A stretch of DNA of 62,030 bases from Alphaproteobacteria bacterium (lineage in GTDB: Bacteria; Pseudomonadota; Alphaproteobacteria; UBA7985). Location of the stretch: NCBI GenBank assembly GCA_049612785.1, contig JBMZBW010000002.1, forward strand, positions 1 to 62,030. Direction: 5' to 3'. This document shows, in pieces, positions 47,680 to 56,170 of this stretch. Positions within the stretch are counted from its first letter, which is position 1; every line of letters begins with the position of its first letter. A model generated the notes under the pieces. The model was not told the DNA's origin, ran no database searches, and worked only from the letters and a program-made list of their open reading frames with translations. A program made the position numbers and the translations under genes.

Positions 47680-48201
47680 ATGGAAGCCCTGACCGACACC
47701 CTCACTGCCGCTTTGTCAGAAACGCGAGATCAGCCTGACGTTACGTTCCGCGCGTTAGAGGCTGCGGCGCAGGCGCTGATCGGTGTTCGGCTTTTCACAA
47801 TCATGGAACTGGACCGCGAACGTGGCTTCGCGCGGCGCAGCTACTCGAACATGAGCCACGCTTATCCGGTTTCGGGTGAAAAACCAATCGAGCCAAATGA
47901 CTGGCTGGACCAGATTGAGCGGCAAGAGATGTTTGTTGCCAATTCCATCGACGATATTCAGCGCGTCTTTGGTGACTATGACCTGATCCAGTCGCTTGGC
48001 TGCGAAAGCTGCATCAACATTCCAATCCACATCTACGGGCAGGTGCGCGGCACCATTAATTGCCTGAACACGGCCGGCTACTTCACGCCAAAGCGTTTAG
48101 AGGCGGCCCAGGCTCTGATTGCACCGGGCAAATCAGCTTTTCTGCTGTCTCACTTTCTTCGTCACGAAGCGTCCGTGACATCACCCCAAGCTTCAGCCTG
48201 A
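47680..48201 (+). CDS. stand-alone GAF-like domain protein
   Basis: 173 aa from ATG 47680. The pattern (VRLFTIMELD...CINIPIHIYGQVRGTINCL) resembles single-domain GAF proteins. Low certainty. Confidence 0.4.
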   Translation: MEALTDTLTAALSETRDQPDVTFRALEAAAQALIGVRLFTIMELDRERGFARRSYSNMSHAYPVSGEKPIEPNDWLDQIERQEMFVANSIDDIQRVFGDYDLIQSLGCESCINIPIHIYGQVRGTINCLNTAGYFTPKRLEAAQALIAPGKSAFLLSHFLRHEASVTSPQASA

Positions 48202-48214
48202 GCAGGAGGCTCTC

Positions 48215-50293
48215 ATGTCGCGATATACCCAAAGAGTTGCAACGGACGTTGGTGGTACTTTCACCGATCTCGTCAGCTTTGGCAGCGAGCCGGACACCGG
48301 GCGGCCAAGGGTCCTGACGGCCAAAGTCGACACCACACCGCCGAATTTTGAGAAGGGCGTGCTTCACGTCATGGAGAAAGCTGGGGTCAACCCGGCTGAC
48401 ATTGAATTTCTGGCGCACGGTACAACGGTTGTCATCAATGCCCTCACGGAGCGCAAAGGAGTTTCGGTGGGCCTGATCACCACCCAAGGCTTCCGCGATA
48501 GCCTCGAGATTGCCCGCGGCAACCGTCCTGATTTCTTCAACTTGTCCTACCAGAAACCTCCTGTTTTCGTGCCGCGTTATCTGCGGACTGAGGTGCCGGG
48601 GCGCATGACTTACAAAGGTGATGAGCGACAGGCCCTCGATCTCAGCGGCTTGCCTGCGATCATCGACCACTTCAAGCAGCACGATGTTCAGGCCATCGCC
48701 ATCTGCTTCCTGCACGCCTACGCTAACCCGGCGCACGAGGAGGCAGCGCTGAAGGAAGTGCAGCGGCTTTGGCCTGACGTTTCGACAGTTTGCTCGCATC
48801 AGATCACGCGCGAATGGCGTGAATATGAGCGCACCAATACCACGGTGCTGTCTGCTTACGTCCAACCGGTGGCTGAGCGCTATCTGAACCGTTTGGACAG
48901 CGGTCTGCGCGAAGGCGGATTGCCGCAAAGTCCTTACATCATGCAGTCGAATTGTGGCGTGGATTCATTGGAAGCCACGGCCCGAACACCCATCAACATG
49001 GTCGAGTCCGGGCCTGCATCGGGTGTTTGGGGTGCGGCCGAGCTTGGTCGCCTGATAGGAGAGCCAAACGTAATCGCTCTGGATATCGGCGGGACCACGG
49101 CCAAGTGTTCCTTGATCGAAGACGGTAAAGTTCGTGTCATGACGGATTATTGGATCGAACGATCACGAACCTCGGCGGGCTATCCGGTGATGGTGCCGGT
49201 TGTCGATCTGGTCGAAATTGGCAATGGCGGTGGCTCGATCGCTTGGGTTGATGAAGCCGGAAAGCTCAATGTAGGTCCACAATCCGCCGGTGCCGAACCG
49301 GGGCCCATGGCTTATGGAAAAGGGGGGCAGGCGGTCACAACCACAGATGCCAACCTTTGGCTGGGACGGATCAACAAGGATTATTTCTGCGGCGGCGAAG
49401 TTCAGGCGGATACAGAGGCCGTGCAGCGAGGAATTGAAGCTTTAGCTGAGAAGCTGGGCGTCAGCGCGGATGAGGCCGCGCGTGGCATCGTGCGTGTTGC
49501 GAATAACAACATGATCAATGCGCTAAAGCTCATTTCGATTAATCGCGGATACGACGTGCGGGAGTTCACCTTGCTCGCTTTTGGCGGGGGCGGGGCCATG
49601 CATGCCGTTGCTCTGGCGCAGGAACTTGGCGTGAAAAAGGTTGTGGTGCCTTCTGCCGCTTCGGTGTTTTCAGCATGGGGCATGCTCATGTGCGATTTAC
49701 GCCGGGATTTCTTCCTCACCAAACTGGTGGAAATGGGACCGGACGCGCACTCGACCATCGCCGCAGCACTGGCCGAAATCGAACAGGGCGCGCTGGATAC
49801 TTTCACGAAGGAGGGGATTGCCCCGGATACCATCTCCTTCCAGCGCTTCGGCAAGTTCCGCTATCAAAATCAAGAGCACACCACCGAAGTCCTTCTCCCT
49901 GCTGGTGATATTGAAGCGGGATCAGTTGAGAGCATCATCGACAACTTCCACCAGACCTATGAGCGCGAATACACCTATCGACTGGCCGCGCCTGTTGAGC
50001 TGGTTGGCTTGCATGTTGTTGCGACTTCAGAGGTCGGCAAGCTGCAGCTAGAGGCCCAGCCCATGGGCGATCCCGATGTCACCCCGGCGATCAAAGGCCA
50101 TCGTGATGTTGATTTCGCGCTCGAGGGGATCCACCAAGCGGCGGTTCTGGACGCTTCGAAACTCCAGCCGGGCATGCGCTGCCAAGGCCCCGCTATTGTT
50201 GAAGACGAAGGCACAACGACGGTGGTGCACAAGGATTGCAGCATGGAAGTTGATGCGTACTTCAACCTTCAAATCACCCTACAGAGCGCATAA
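48215..50293 (+). CDS. hyuA: hydantoinase A / 5-oxoprolinase / acetone-carboxylase-beta family, ATP-dependent subunit A
   Basis: N-terminus RVATDVGGTFTDLV, second motif ALDIGGTTAK. 692 aa. SD AGGAGG. Confidence 0.85.
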   Translation: MSRYTQRVATDVGGTFTDLVSFGSEPDTGRPRVLTAKVDTTPPNFEKGVLHVMEKAGVNPADIEFLAHGTTVVINALTERKGVSVGLITTQGFRDSLEIARGNRPDFFNLSYQKPPVFVPRYLRTEVPGRMTYKGDERQALDLSGLPAIIDHFKQHDVQAIAICFLHAYANPAHEEAALKEVQRLWPDVSTVCSHQITREWREYERTNTTVLSAYVQPVAERYLNRLDSGLREGGLPQSPYIMQSNCGVDSLEATARTPINMVESGPASGVWGAAELGRLIGEPNVIALDIGGTTAKCSLIEDGKVRVMTDYWIERSRTSAGYPVMVPVVDLVEIGNGGGSIAWVDEAGKLNVGPQSAGAEPGPMAYGKGGQAVTTTDANLWLGRINKDYFCGGEVQADTEAVQRGIEALAEKLGVSADEAARGIVRVANNNMINALKLISINRGYDVREFTLLAFGGGGAMHAVALAQELGVKKVVVPSAASVFSAWGMLMCDLRRDFFLTKLVEMGPDAHSTIAAALAEIEQGALDTFTKEGIAPDTISFQRFGKFRYQNQEHTTEVLLPAGDIEAGSVESIIDNFHQTYEREYTYRLAAPVELVGLHVVATSEVGKLQLEAQPMGDPDVTPAIKGHRDVDFALEGIHQAAVLDASKLQPGMRCQGPAIVEDEGTTTVVHKDCSMEVDAYFNLQITLQSA

Positions 50294-50310
50294 GCGAAGG
50301 AGCACGGATC

Positions 50311-51960
50311 ATGACGAACGACAGCATCACGCTAGAAATCATCCAAAGCTCGCTGCAGGCTGCGGCTGATGAAATGTTCGCGGCCATGCGCAAGACTGCG
50401 ATGAGCTCGATCATTTATGAAGTCCTCGATATGGGGACGGGTATCACCGACGCCCAAGGTCGGATCGCATCGTCGGGTGCGGGGATTCCAGCCTTCATTG
50501 GCGTTCTGGATAAGGCCGTACAGGTGCTGCTTAAAAAGTATGACACCGACGGGGCAATCCAGCCCGGTGATGTGTTTATCACCAATGATCCCTATTACGG
50601 CGGGGTGACGCACCTCAATGATCTGGTTCTCGCCATGCCAGTCTTCGTTGACGGACAGCTGATCGCCTGGAGCGCCAATATCGCCCACAACTCTGATGTT
50701 GGCGGTATGGCACCGGGTTCGCTGAGTGGCGAAGCTACTGAATTGTTTCAGGAGGGGCTGCGTCTGCCGGGTGTCAAGCTGATCTCGGGTGGTGAACCCA
50801 ATCAGGACATCATGGACATTATCACCACAAACTCCCGCATGCCCGACGTTCTTCTTGGCGACCTTTGGGCGGGAATTGCCTCTGTTCGCATTGGTGCGCG
50901 TCGGCTGGAAGAGCTCGCAACCAAGTACACGGTGCCAACGTTTATTTCCGCGATGAATGCGTTCATGGAGTCTGGTGAGTCCGTGACCCGTGCGGCGCTG
51001 AAAGGTCTGCCCCATGGGACGTTCGAGCTGTCTGAAGAGCAGGACGATGGCCGCTTTTTCAATGTCAAAGTCACCATCTCGGACGATGAATTTCTTGTCG
51101 ATCTGCGCGATAATCCCGATCAGGATCCCGGACCAACCAACACCAGCCGCGATGGTACCATCGTTTGTGCTCAGATGCTGTTCAAGTCGCTAACATCGCC
51201 CGATACGCCCGCTAATGATGGCTCTTTCAGGCCGCTGCGGGTGCTGACCCGCGAAGGCTCGATTTTTCATGCCAAAGAACCCGCCGCTATCGGCTTCTAT
51301 TTCGAGACAGAAGTTCGCGTTTACGATCTGATTTGGCGCTGTCTCGCGCCCCATGTCGAGGGGCGCTTACCCTCTGGGCACTTCGCGTCGATTTGCGGGA
51401 CTTTTATTGGGGGCATTCACCCGGACACCGGGCGACAATACACCATCATCGAACCGCAAATTGGCGGATGGGGGGCCTCAGAGCACAGAGACGGCAACAG
51501 TTGCATCTTCTCAGGGTTCCATGGCGAAACGTACAACACGCCTGCCGAAATCTCCGAAGCCCGGAATGGCTTGTTTGTTGATCGCATGTCACTGAATGAG
51601 GAAAGTGGTGGCGAAGGGCAATTCGTCGGCGGGCGCGGTTTGGTGCTTGAATACCGCATCCGAGCGCAGGACGGCTTCCTGACCGCTGGCTATACGCGGT
51701 CTCGCATCAAACCATGGGCACTAAATGGGGGTCGAGAAGGCTCAGGGAATTATGTTGAGGTCATCAAGGATGGGCAAACAGAGCGCTATTCCTTTGTATC
51801 CGGCATGGGGTTGACGACAGATGACGTGGTGCGGGTCGTCACGGCCAGTGGTGGAGGCTTCGGTGATCCGGCCAAGCGTGATCCCCAAGCTGTTCAGCAG
51901 GATGTTCGCAATGGTTTCCTGTCTACCGAACAGGCTGGGGAAATCTATGGCGTAGAATAA
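50311..51960 (+). CDS. hyuB: hydantoinase B / oxoprolinase family subunit B
   Basis: 549 aa. N-terminus ITLEIIQSSLQAAADEMFAAMRKTAMSSIIYE and NDPYYGGTHLND are typical of Hydantoinase_B. Follows hyuA. Confidence 0.85.
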   Translation: MTNDSITLEIIQSSLQAAADEMFAAMRKTAMSSIIYEVLDMGTGITDAQGRIASSGAGIPAFIGVLDKAVQVLLKKYDTDGAIQPGDVFITNDPYYGGVTHLNDLVLAMPVFVDGQLIAWSANIAHNSDVGGMAPGSLSGEATELFQEGLRLPGVKLISGGEPNQDIMDIITTNSRMPDVLLGDLWAGIASVRIGARRLEELATKYTVPTFISAMNAFMESGESVTRAALKGLPHGTFELSEEQDDGRFFNVKVTISDDEFLVDLRDNPDQDPGPTNTSRDGTIVCAQMLFKSLTSPDTPANDGSFRPLRVLTREGSIFHAKEPAAIGFYFETEVRVYDLIWRCLAPHVEGRLPSGHFASICGTFIGGIHPDTGRQYTIIEPQIGGWGASEHRDGNSCIFSGFHGETYNTPAEISEARNGLFVDRMSLNEESGGEGQFVGGRGLVLEYRIRAQDGFLTAGYTRSRIKPWALNGGREGSGNYVEVIKDGQTERYSFVSGMGLTTDDVVRVVTASGGGFGDPAKRDPQAVQQDVRNGFLSTEQAGEIYGVE

Positions 51961-51988
51961 AGAGAGCGCTGGGTAAAACGGTCCGCAC

Positions 51989-52960
51989 TTAGCCGATGAC
52001 TCGGTCGATGAGGGCATTAAGGTCAGGTGAAGGCTGGAGTTGCGCCGCGCCGCCATTTTGAGTCCAGTGTTGCAGGGGTGAGGCCATGATGTCATCCAGG
52101 GTCTTGGCGCATGCAAAATCCCCTACAACCGATTTGATTTTCGAATTGTCAAAGATGACTGTGTAACCCTTATCTCCCAAAAGGTACTCTTCCCACTGCT
52201 GGTGATAGCCGGCCAGAACGGTTGACGGTACCGGGACAAAGTCGACTGAAACGCCCAAAGCTCGTCCAACAGCCTGATAAATCATGGTCCACGGGAAAGC
52301 ATGGTCAGATGTCAGATGAAAGGCTGTATTGAGGGCACCCTCTGTACCGAAAAGCCGAACGAAGGGGCGGGCAAAATCTTCAGAACGAGTGAGCGTCCAT
52401 AGGGCCTGTCCATCGCCCGGAATGATGATTGGTTTCCCGTTCAGCATCCGCCACAGCACTGTATCCCCTTCGCCCAAAGCGGTTGGAAAATGGGTTCTGA
52501 GCGTGTGCGAGGGCCGCACAATCGTGTACGGCAAAGTCGTCTGAGACTGCAGCAGCGCTTCAGCTTTTGCTTTGTTGCGGCTGTATTCCCAGTAAGGGTT
52601 GATCAGCGGAACATCTTCCGTGATTGGGAATGTCTGCACAGGCTTGTGGTAAGCGGAGGCAGAAGAAATGAAGATGTACTGCGCCGTTTTGCCCGATAGC
52701 CGGTGAATATCCCGTTCGACATCCTCTTGGGTGAAGGCGATAAATTGGCAAACAGTATCCCAATGCTGGTCACCCAAAGCGGCGGCATAGGATGCATCGT
52801 CTTTAAAATCGGCTGTGAGTTGTCTCACACGCGGTGGGAGAGTCTCTGAGGCAAAACCACGGTTTAGAACGCTGACTTCATGTCCGGCTTTGACGGCTTC
52901 ATGGACACAAGAGTGCGATATTTGACCGGTGCCTCCGATGAATAGAACCGTTTTGGACAT
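51989..52960 (-). CDS. NAD-dependent epimerase/dehydratase-family (extended SDR) protein
   Basis: N-terminal Rossmann motif VLFIGGTGQIS. 323 aa. Confidence 0.7.
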   Translation of the reverse strand: MSKTVLFIGGTGQISHSCVHEAVKAGHEVSVLNRGFASETLPPRVRQLTADFKDDASYAAALGDQHWDTVCQFIAFTQEDVERDIHRLSGKTAQYIFISSASAYHKPVQTFPITEDVPLINPYWEYSRNKAKAEALLQSQTTLPYTIVRPSHTLRTHFPTALGEGDTVLWRMLNGKPIIIPGDGQALWTLTRSEDFARPFVRLFGTEGALNTAFHLTSDHAFPWTMIYQAVGRALGVSVDFVPVPSTVLAGYHQQWEEYLLGDKGYTVIFDNSKIKSVVGDFACAKTLDDIMASPLQHWTQNGGAAQLQPSPDLNALIDRVIG

Positions 52961-52963
52961 CAG

Positions 52964-53317
52964 TTAATGAGCCTTCGGCTCTGGTTTTTTCGGCTTCTTT
53001 TTGGGTTCATCGCGATCAGCCGCCCCGTCTTTAGCCTTTTGTTTCGCCTTCTCCGCGGCTTTGATCTTCGCAACGCCGTTGGAGGCGTAGACGGGCAGAG
53101 GCTGGTCTGGCCGGAACAGCAAACCATCGCTGTAATCGACCACGCCCTGGCTCAAAGATGCCATGGCCAAACGGATATAGAGTGGCACATCGTGCGACCC
53201 GCTCTCATAATTTTGGAGCATTCTTGATTTCAGACCTAGAAGGAACGCAGCTTCTTTTTGCGTTAGTTTCAGGCTCTTACGCCAAGTCTTGAACCAGGTA
53301 GGTACGTTCTTTTTCAT
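52964..53317 (-). CDS. XRE/Cro-like HTH protein with Lys-rich C-terminal tail
   Basis: 117 aa. HTH LKLTQKEAAFLLGLKSRMLQNYESG. Tail KIKAAEKAKQKAKDG...KKKPKKPEPK. GC is lower than in neighbouring genes. Confidence 0.6.
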   Translation of the reverse strand: MKKNVPTWFKTWRKSLKLTQKEAAFLLGLKSRMLQNYESGSHDVPLYIRLAMASLSQGVVDYSDGLLFRPDQPLPVYASNGVAKIKAAEKAKQKAKDGAADRDEPKKKPKKPEPKAH

Positions 53318-53324
53318 TTTTCCA

Positions 53325-53383
53325 CACGCAATTGTTGCGTATTTGGTGCCGCGGGGCTATATCTAATACGCAACCATTGCGTA
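53325..53383. promoter_or_regulatory. two copies of the operator-like palindrome TACGCAA-N3-TTGCGTA
   Basis: Site 1 is 53325-53341 (CACGCAA-TTG-TTGCGTA, 6/7 + 7/7). Site 2 is 53367-53383 (TACGCAA-CCA-TTGCGTA, perfect). Their centres are 42 bp apart. They lie between the divergent HTH gene and the mini-ORF. Confidence 0.5.
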
Positions 53384-53394
53384 GGAGGTGCTCT

Positions 53395-53541
53395 ATGACA
53401 AGCCATATGATCGTTTTTAGAGCGGCCCTTTCAAAAGATGTCGCCGTGCAGCGACAGTCTTCTTGGAACGATCGCGCTAAATTACCACTTCGCAGCCTGC
53501 CTGCGAAGATGAAGGCTTTGAAGGCCGCTAAGCGAGACTAA
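53395..53541 (+). CDS. candidate 48-aa basic mini-protein
   Basis: ATG 53395 lies 6 nt after GGAGG (53384-53388). Product MTSHMIVFRAALSKDVAVQRQSSWNDRAKLPLRSLPAKMKALKAAKRD. No family recognised. Confidence 0.3.
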   Translation: MTSHMIVFRAALSKDVAVQRQSSWNDRAKLPLRSLPAKMKALKAAKRD

Positions 53542-53614
53542 GCGGTTGAGTTCGAGGTGAACACACGGCATGACTCTGTTTCATGCCGTGTGGATTACCG
53601 AAAGCGAACGCATC

Positions 53615-54139
53615 ATGGACCTCAGCACGCTCATACGAGACGTCGAAGACTACCCAAAACCCGGAATATTGTTTCGTGACATTACCCCCTTGCTGGCCGA
53701 CGGCGAGGCGATGCGTCATGTCACAAAGGTCTTTGCGGACTATGCCGTTGCCATGAAGGCGGAAGCCATTGCCGGTATTGAAGCACGCGGCTTCATTTTC
53801 GCGCCTGCTGTCGCAGCTCAACTGGGCTTGCCGTTTATCCCGGTGCGCAAGGAAGGCAAGCTGCCTTACGAGTGCGTCACCCATTCCTACGACCTTGAGT
53901 ACGGTTCTGACACTTTGCAGATCCACACAGATGCGCTCCAGCCCGGTCAACGGGTGGTGATTGTTGACGATTTAATCGCAACGGGCGGAACGGCCGGCGC
54001 AACGGTGGAACTGGTCCGTAAGCTCAAGGCAATCCCGGCTGGCGCTATTTTCCTGATCGAGCTGGATGGCCTTGGCGGGCGTGATGAACTCGAAGGGCGC
54101 GGGGTTCGTGTGGATGCCCTGCTGCGTTACGAGGAGTAG
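53615..54139 (+). CDS. apt: adenine phosphoribosyltransferase
   Basis: DYPKPGILFRDITPLL and the PRPP motif VVIVDDLIATGGTA. ATG 53615 gives the canonical ~174-aa length. Confidence 0.9.
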   Translation: MDLSTLIRDVEDYPKPGILFRDITPLLADGEAMRHVTKVFADYAVAMKAEAIAGIEARGFIFAPAVAAQLGLPFIPVRKEGKLPYECVTHSYDLEYGSDTLQIHTDALQPGQRVVIVDDLIATGGTAGATVELVRKLKAIPAGAIFLIELDGLGGRDELEGRGVRVDALLRYEE

Positions 54140-54151
54140 GGAGCGCGGGCC

Positions 54152-55069
54152 TCAAAGGTCATTCAGGTCGTAAGGCGTTTTCTGGTACACCCAGTTCACC
54201 CAATTCCCGTACATCATGTGCGCGTGACTGCGCCATTTGTTGAATGGCTGCTTGGATGGGTCATCGTTCGGGAAATAGTTACACGGCAAAATGATATTCT
54301 CGCCCGCTTCAACGTCCCGGTCGTATTCTTGGCGTAGCGTGTTGCTGTCGTATTCGAGATGGTTGAACATGTAGAAGCGCCGGTTAGCATCGTCTGCGAT
54401 CAGGCCCAGACCCGCTACATCGTTCTCTGCGAGGATGGTCAATCCGTCGACCGGTTCCACGTCTTTGCGCAGGTTTTCCGTATGCCGGGAAACCGGTATT
54501 TCAAAGATATCCGCAATCCCCTGCATCAGGGGGTGTGTCGGTTCGAGGTTCCGGTGTTCAAAGACACCAAATCGCTTTGGTACTTCCGTGATGAGGTGCT
54601 TTTCGACACCGTTGAAGTGATACAAAGCAGCCTGCGCACCCCAACAGATGGAAAACATCGAAAAGACATTGGTCGTGGTCCAGTCGAAGATTTCCTCCAG
54701 CTCCGGCCAGTACTTCACAGCGCGAAAGTCCATGGTTTCCACTGGCGCACCAGTGATCATGAAGCCGTCAAAGCGCTCACCCTTCACGTCTGACCAGGGC
54801 CGATAAAAGGCGTCCATGTGCTCAGATGCAGTGTTGCTGCCCCGATAGGTGCTGGTTTCAACGAGCGTCAAATCCACTTGAAGAGGCGATGCACCCAGCA
54901 ATCGGGCAAGCTGGGTCTCTGTCGCGATCTTCAGAGGCATCAGGTTCAGAATGGCAATGCGTAAAGGCCGGATATCCTGCCGCGCTGCGCGGCTTTCACG
55001 CATGACTTTGACACCTTCGGCACGAAGGGTCTCAGCAGCGGGGAGGCCATCAGGCACACGAATCGGCAT
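54152..55069 (-). CDS. metA: homoserine O-acyltransferase, MetA family
   Basis: MPIRVPDGLPA...LRIAILNLMP...ITGAP...CWGAQAA, the MetA family pattern. 305 aa. Confidence 0.9.
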   Translation of the reverse strand: MPIRVPDGLPAAETLRAEGVKVMRESRAARQDIRPLRIAILNLMPLKIATETQLARLLGASPLQVDLTLVETSTYRGSNTASEHMDAFYRPWSDVKGERFDGFMITGAPVETMDFRAVKYWPELEEIFDWTTTNVFSMFSICWGAQAALYHFNGVEKHLITEVPKRFGVFEHRNLEPTHPLMQGIADIFEIPVSRHTENLRKDVEPVDGLTILAENDVAGLGLIADDANRRFYMFNHLEYDSNTLRQEYDRDVEAGENIILPCNYFPNDDPSKQPFNKWRSHAHMMYGNWVNWVYQKTPYDLNDL

Positions 55070-55110
55070 ATCTCTCTTTCTCGTTTTCGGCTTGGATTAG
55101 GGTGAGACGC

Positions 55111-55968
55111 TTAGTGCGCCTTACCAATAAGATCAAAGAAGTCAGACTCGTTTTCCACCCGTGCGATTTCATCAGCAGACACGCGCACAGCGAGACCCGC
55201 GGCCACAAGCCGTTCGTAACGCTCTCTTCGTGCGTCGATCAATCGCGGAAAAACCCATTTGACGAATTCTAGCGGTGCGAACACATCCGCGCTCGAAGCG
55301 CCAGTTTCGGCTTTGTAGTCTTCGATGGACTGCTCCAGGAAAGCAGTCCGGTAGAACATGGGTTTGGGGTAGGCCAGGGTCCGCTCTATCAGGCTTTCAA
55401 CGTGGTCTTCGGTAGCCTCGATATAGACGAGCTGCGTGCGCTCGGTCAGGTGACGAAGAACGGGGTCGTCAGCAGGGTTGTCGAGATCCACAATCTCTAT
55501 GAGACTGCCGCCCGCATCGACGAGGAAATGGTCGTAACCATAAACCGTCGTTGCCCGCTCCATAAAGTAGCCAACATCCAATAGCGCTGCGGCTTCGGCC
55601 TGTTCATGCAGGCTCTGCCGGCGGGCAAATTCAGCGTAATCATGCCCCCCTTGGGCCGGATCGCCGAGGGTACCAATCCATGCACTCAAAGGGGCCAGAT
55701 TGTTCATGCTGATGTTGGATCGAATATAGATGCTGTCAGACTTGAGCAGTGTCGCCAATTTCGGCAACTGCATCGCAGCCAAATAGAGATCATCGTGAAT
55801 GGCCTCACCCAGATACCGTGTGCCAATTCGGTAGTCGCCGGAATAGTGAAACCACCGCTCACGCGGCAGCTTGTTGGCCAGGGTGGTTTTCCCGACGCCA
55901 GACATGCCCAGCAGGGTGAAAGCCTGTGATTTTGGTATGAACGATTCCATAGTCTTCCGGTGCCTCAT
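55111..55968 (-). CDS. P-loop NTPase/kinase-like protein of unknown function
   Basis: Walker A GMSGVGKTT near the N-terminus, otherwise unrecognised. The start is ATG 55968 or 55950. It ends 41 nt upstream of metA on the same strand. Confidence 0.6.
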   Translation of the reverse strand: MRHRKTMESFIPKSQAFTLLGMSGVGKTTLANKLPRERWFHYSGDYRIGTRYLGEAIHDDLYLAAMQLPKLATLLKSDSIYIRSNISMNNLAPLSAWIGTLGDPAQGGHDYAEFARRQSLHEQAEAAALLDVGYFMERATTVYGYDHFLVDAGGSLIEIVDLDNPADDPVLRHLTERTQLVYIEATEDHVESLIERTLAYPKPMFYRTAFLEQSIEDYKAETGASSADVFAPLEFVKWVFPRLIDARRERYERLVAAGLAVRVSADEIARVENESDFFDLIGKAH

Positions 55969-56170
55969 CCCCGTTCACAGGTCAAGCATGCCGATTTTAA
56001 AGGGCCAAGTGCCGCGCATGGGATTGTTGTTTAGCACCGGTCATGCTGTTTTCCCTGCGAATTAAGTGATGCCTTGCAAGTCACCTGTGACACTGATCAC
56101 CTTGACCTTGGCAAGACTCGCTTATAGTGAAATGACGGTTTTACCTTAGAAAGTATGAGAGGCTTAGCCC

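Noticed and set aside
48083-48928. Long antisense ORFs inside well-supported genes. Examples: 48083-48928(-) in hyuA, 24212-24955(-) in ugpE/ugpC, 13679-14377(-) in folP, 7174-7788(-) in tolB, 3540-4139(-) in ruvB, 4067-4660(-) in ybgC, 10153-10725(-) in cpoB, 46650-47279(-) in the DUF917 gene, 50332-51015(-) in hyuB and 41703-42296(-) in the SBP gene.
   Set aside because: Each lies opposite a gene with clear family motifs. Their products are Arg/Pro/Gly/Ser-rich low-complexity sequences typical of shadow ORFs in GC-rich DNA. None has a recognisable motif or an SD.
55070-56170. A SAM-II/metA-motif riboswitch upstream of metA or of the P-loop gene.
   Set aside because: The 41-nt gap is too short, and the 200-nt upstream region lacks the AAAGCU pseudoknot strand and the P1 pattern as far as I can see.
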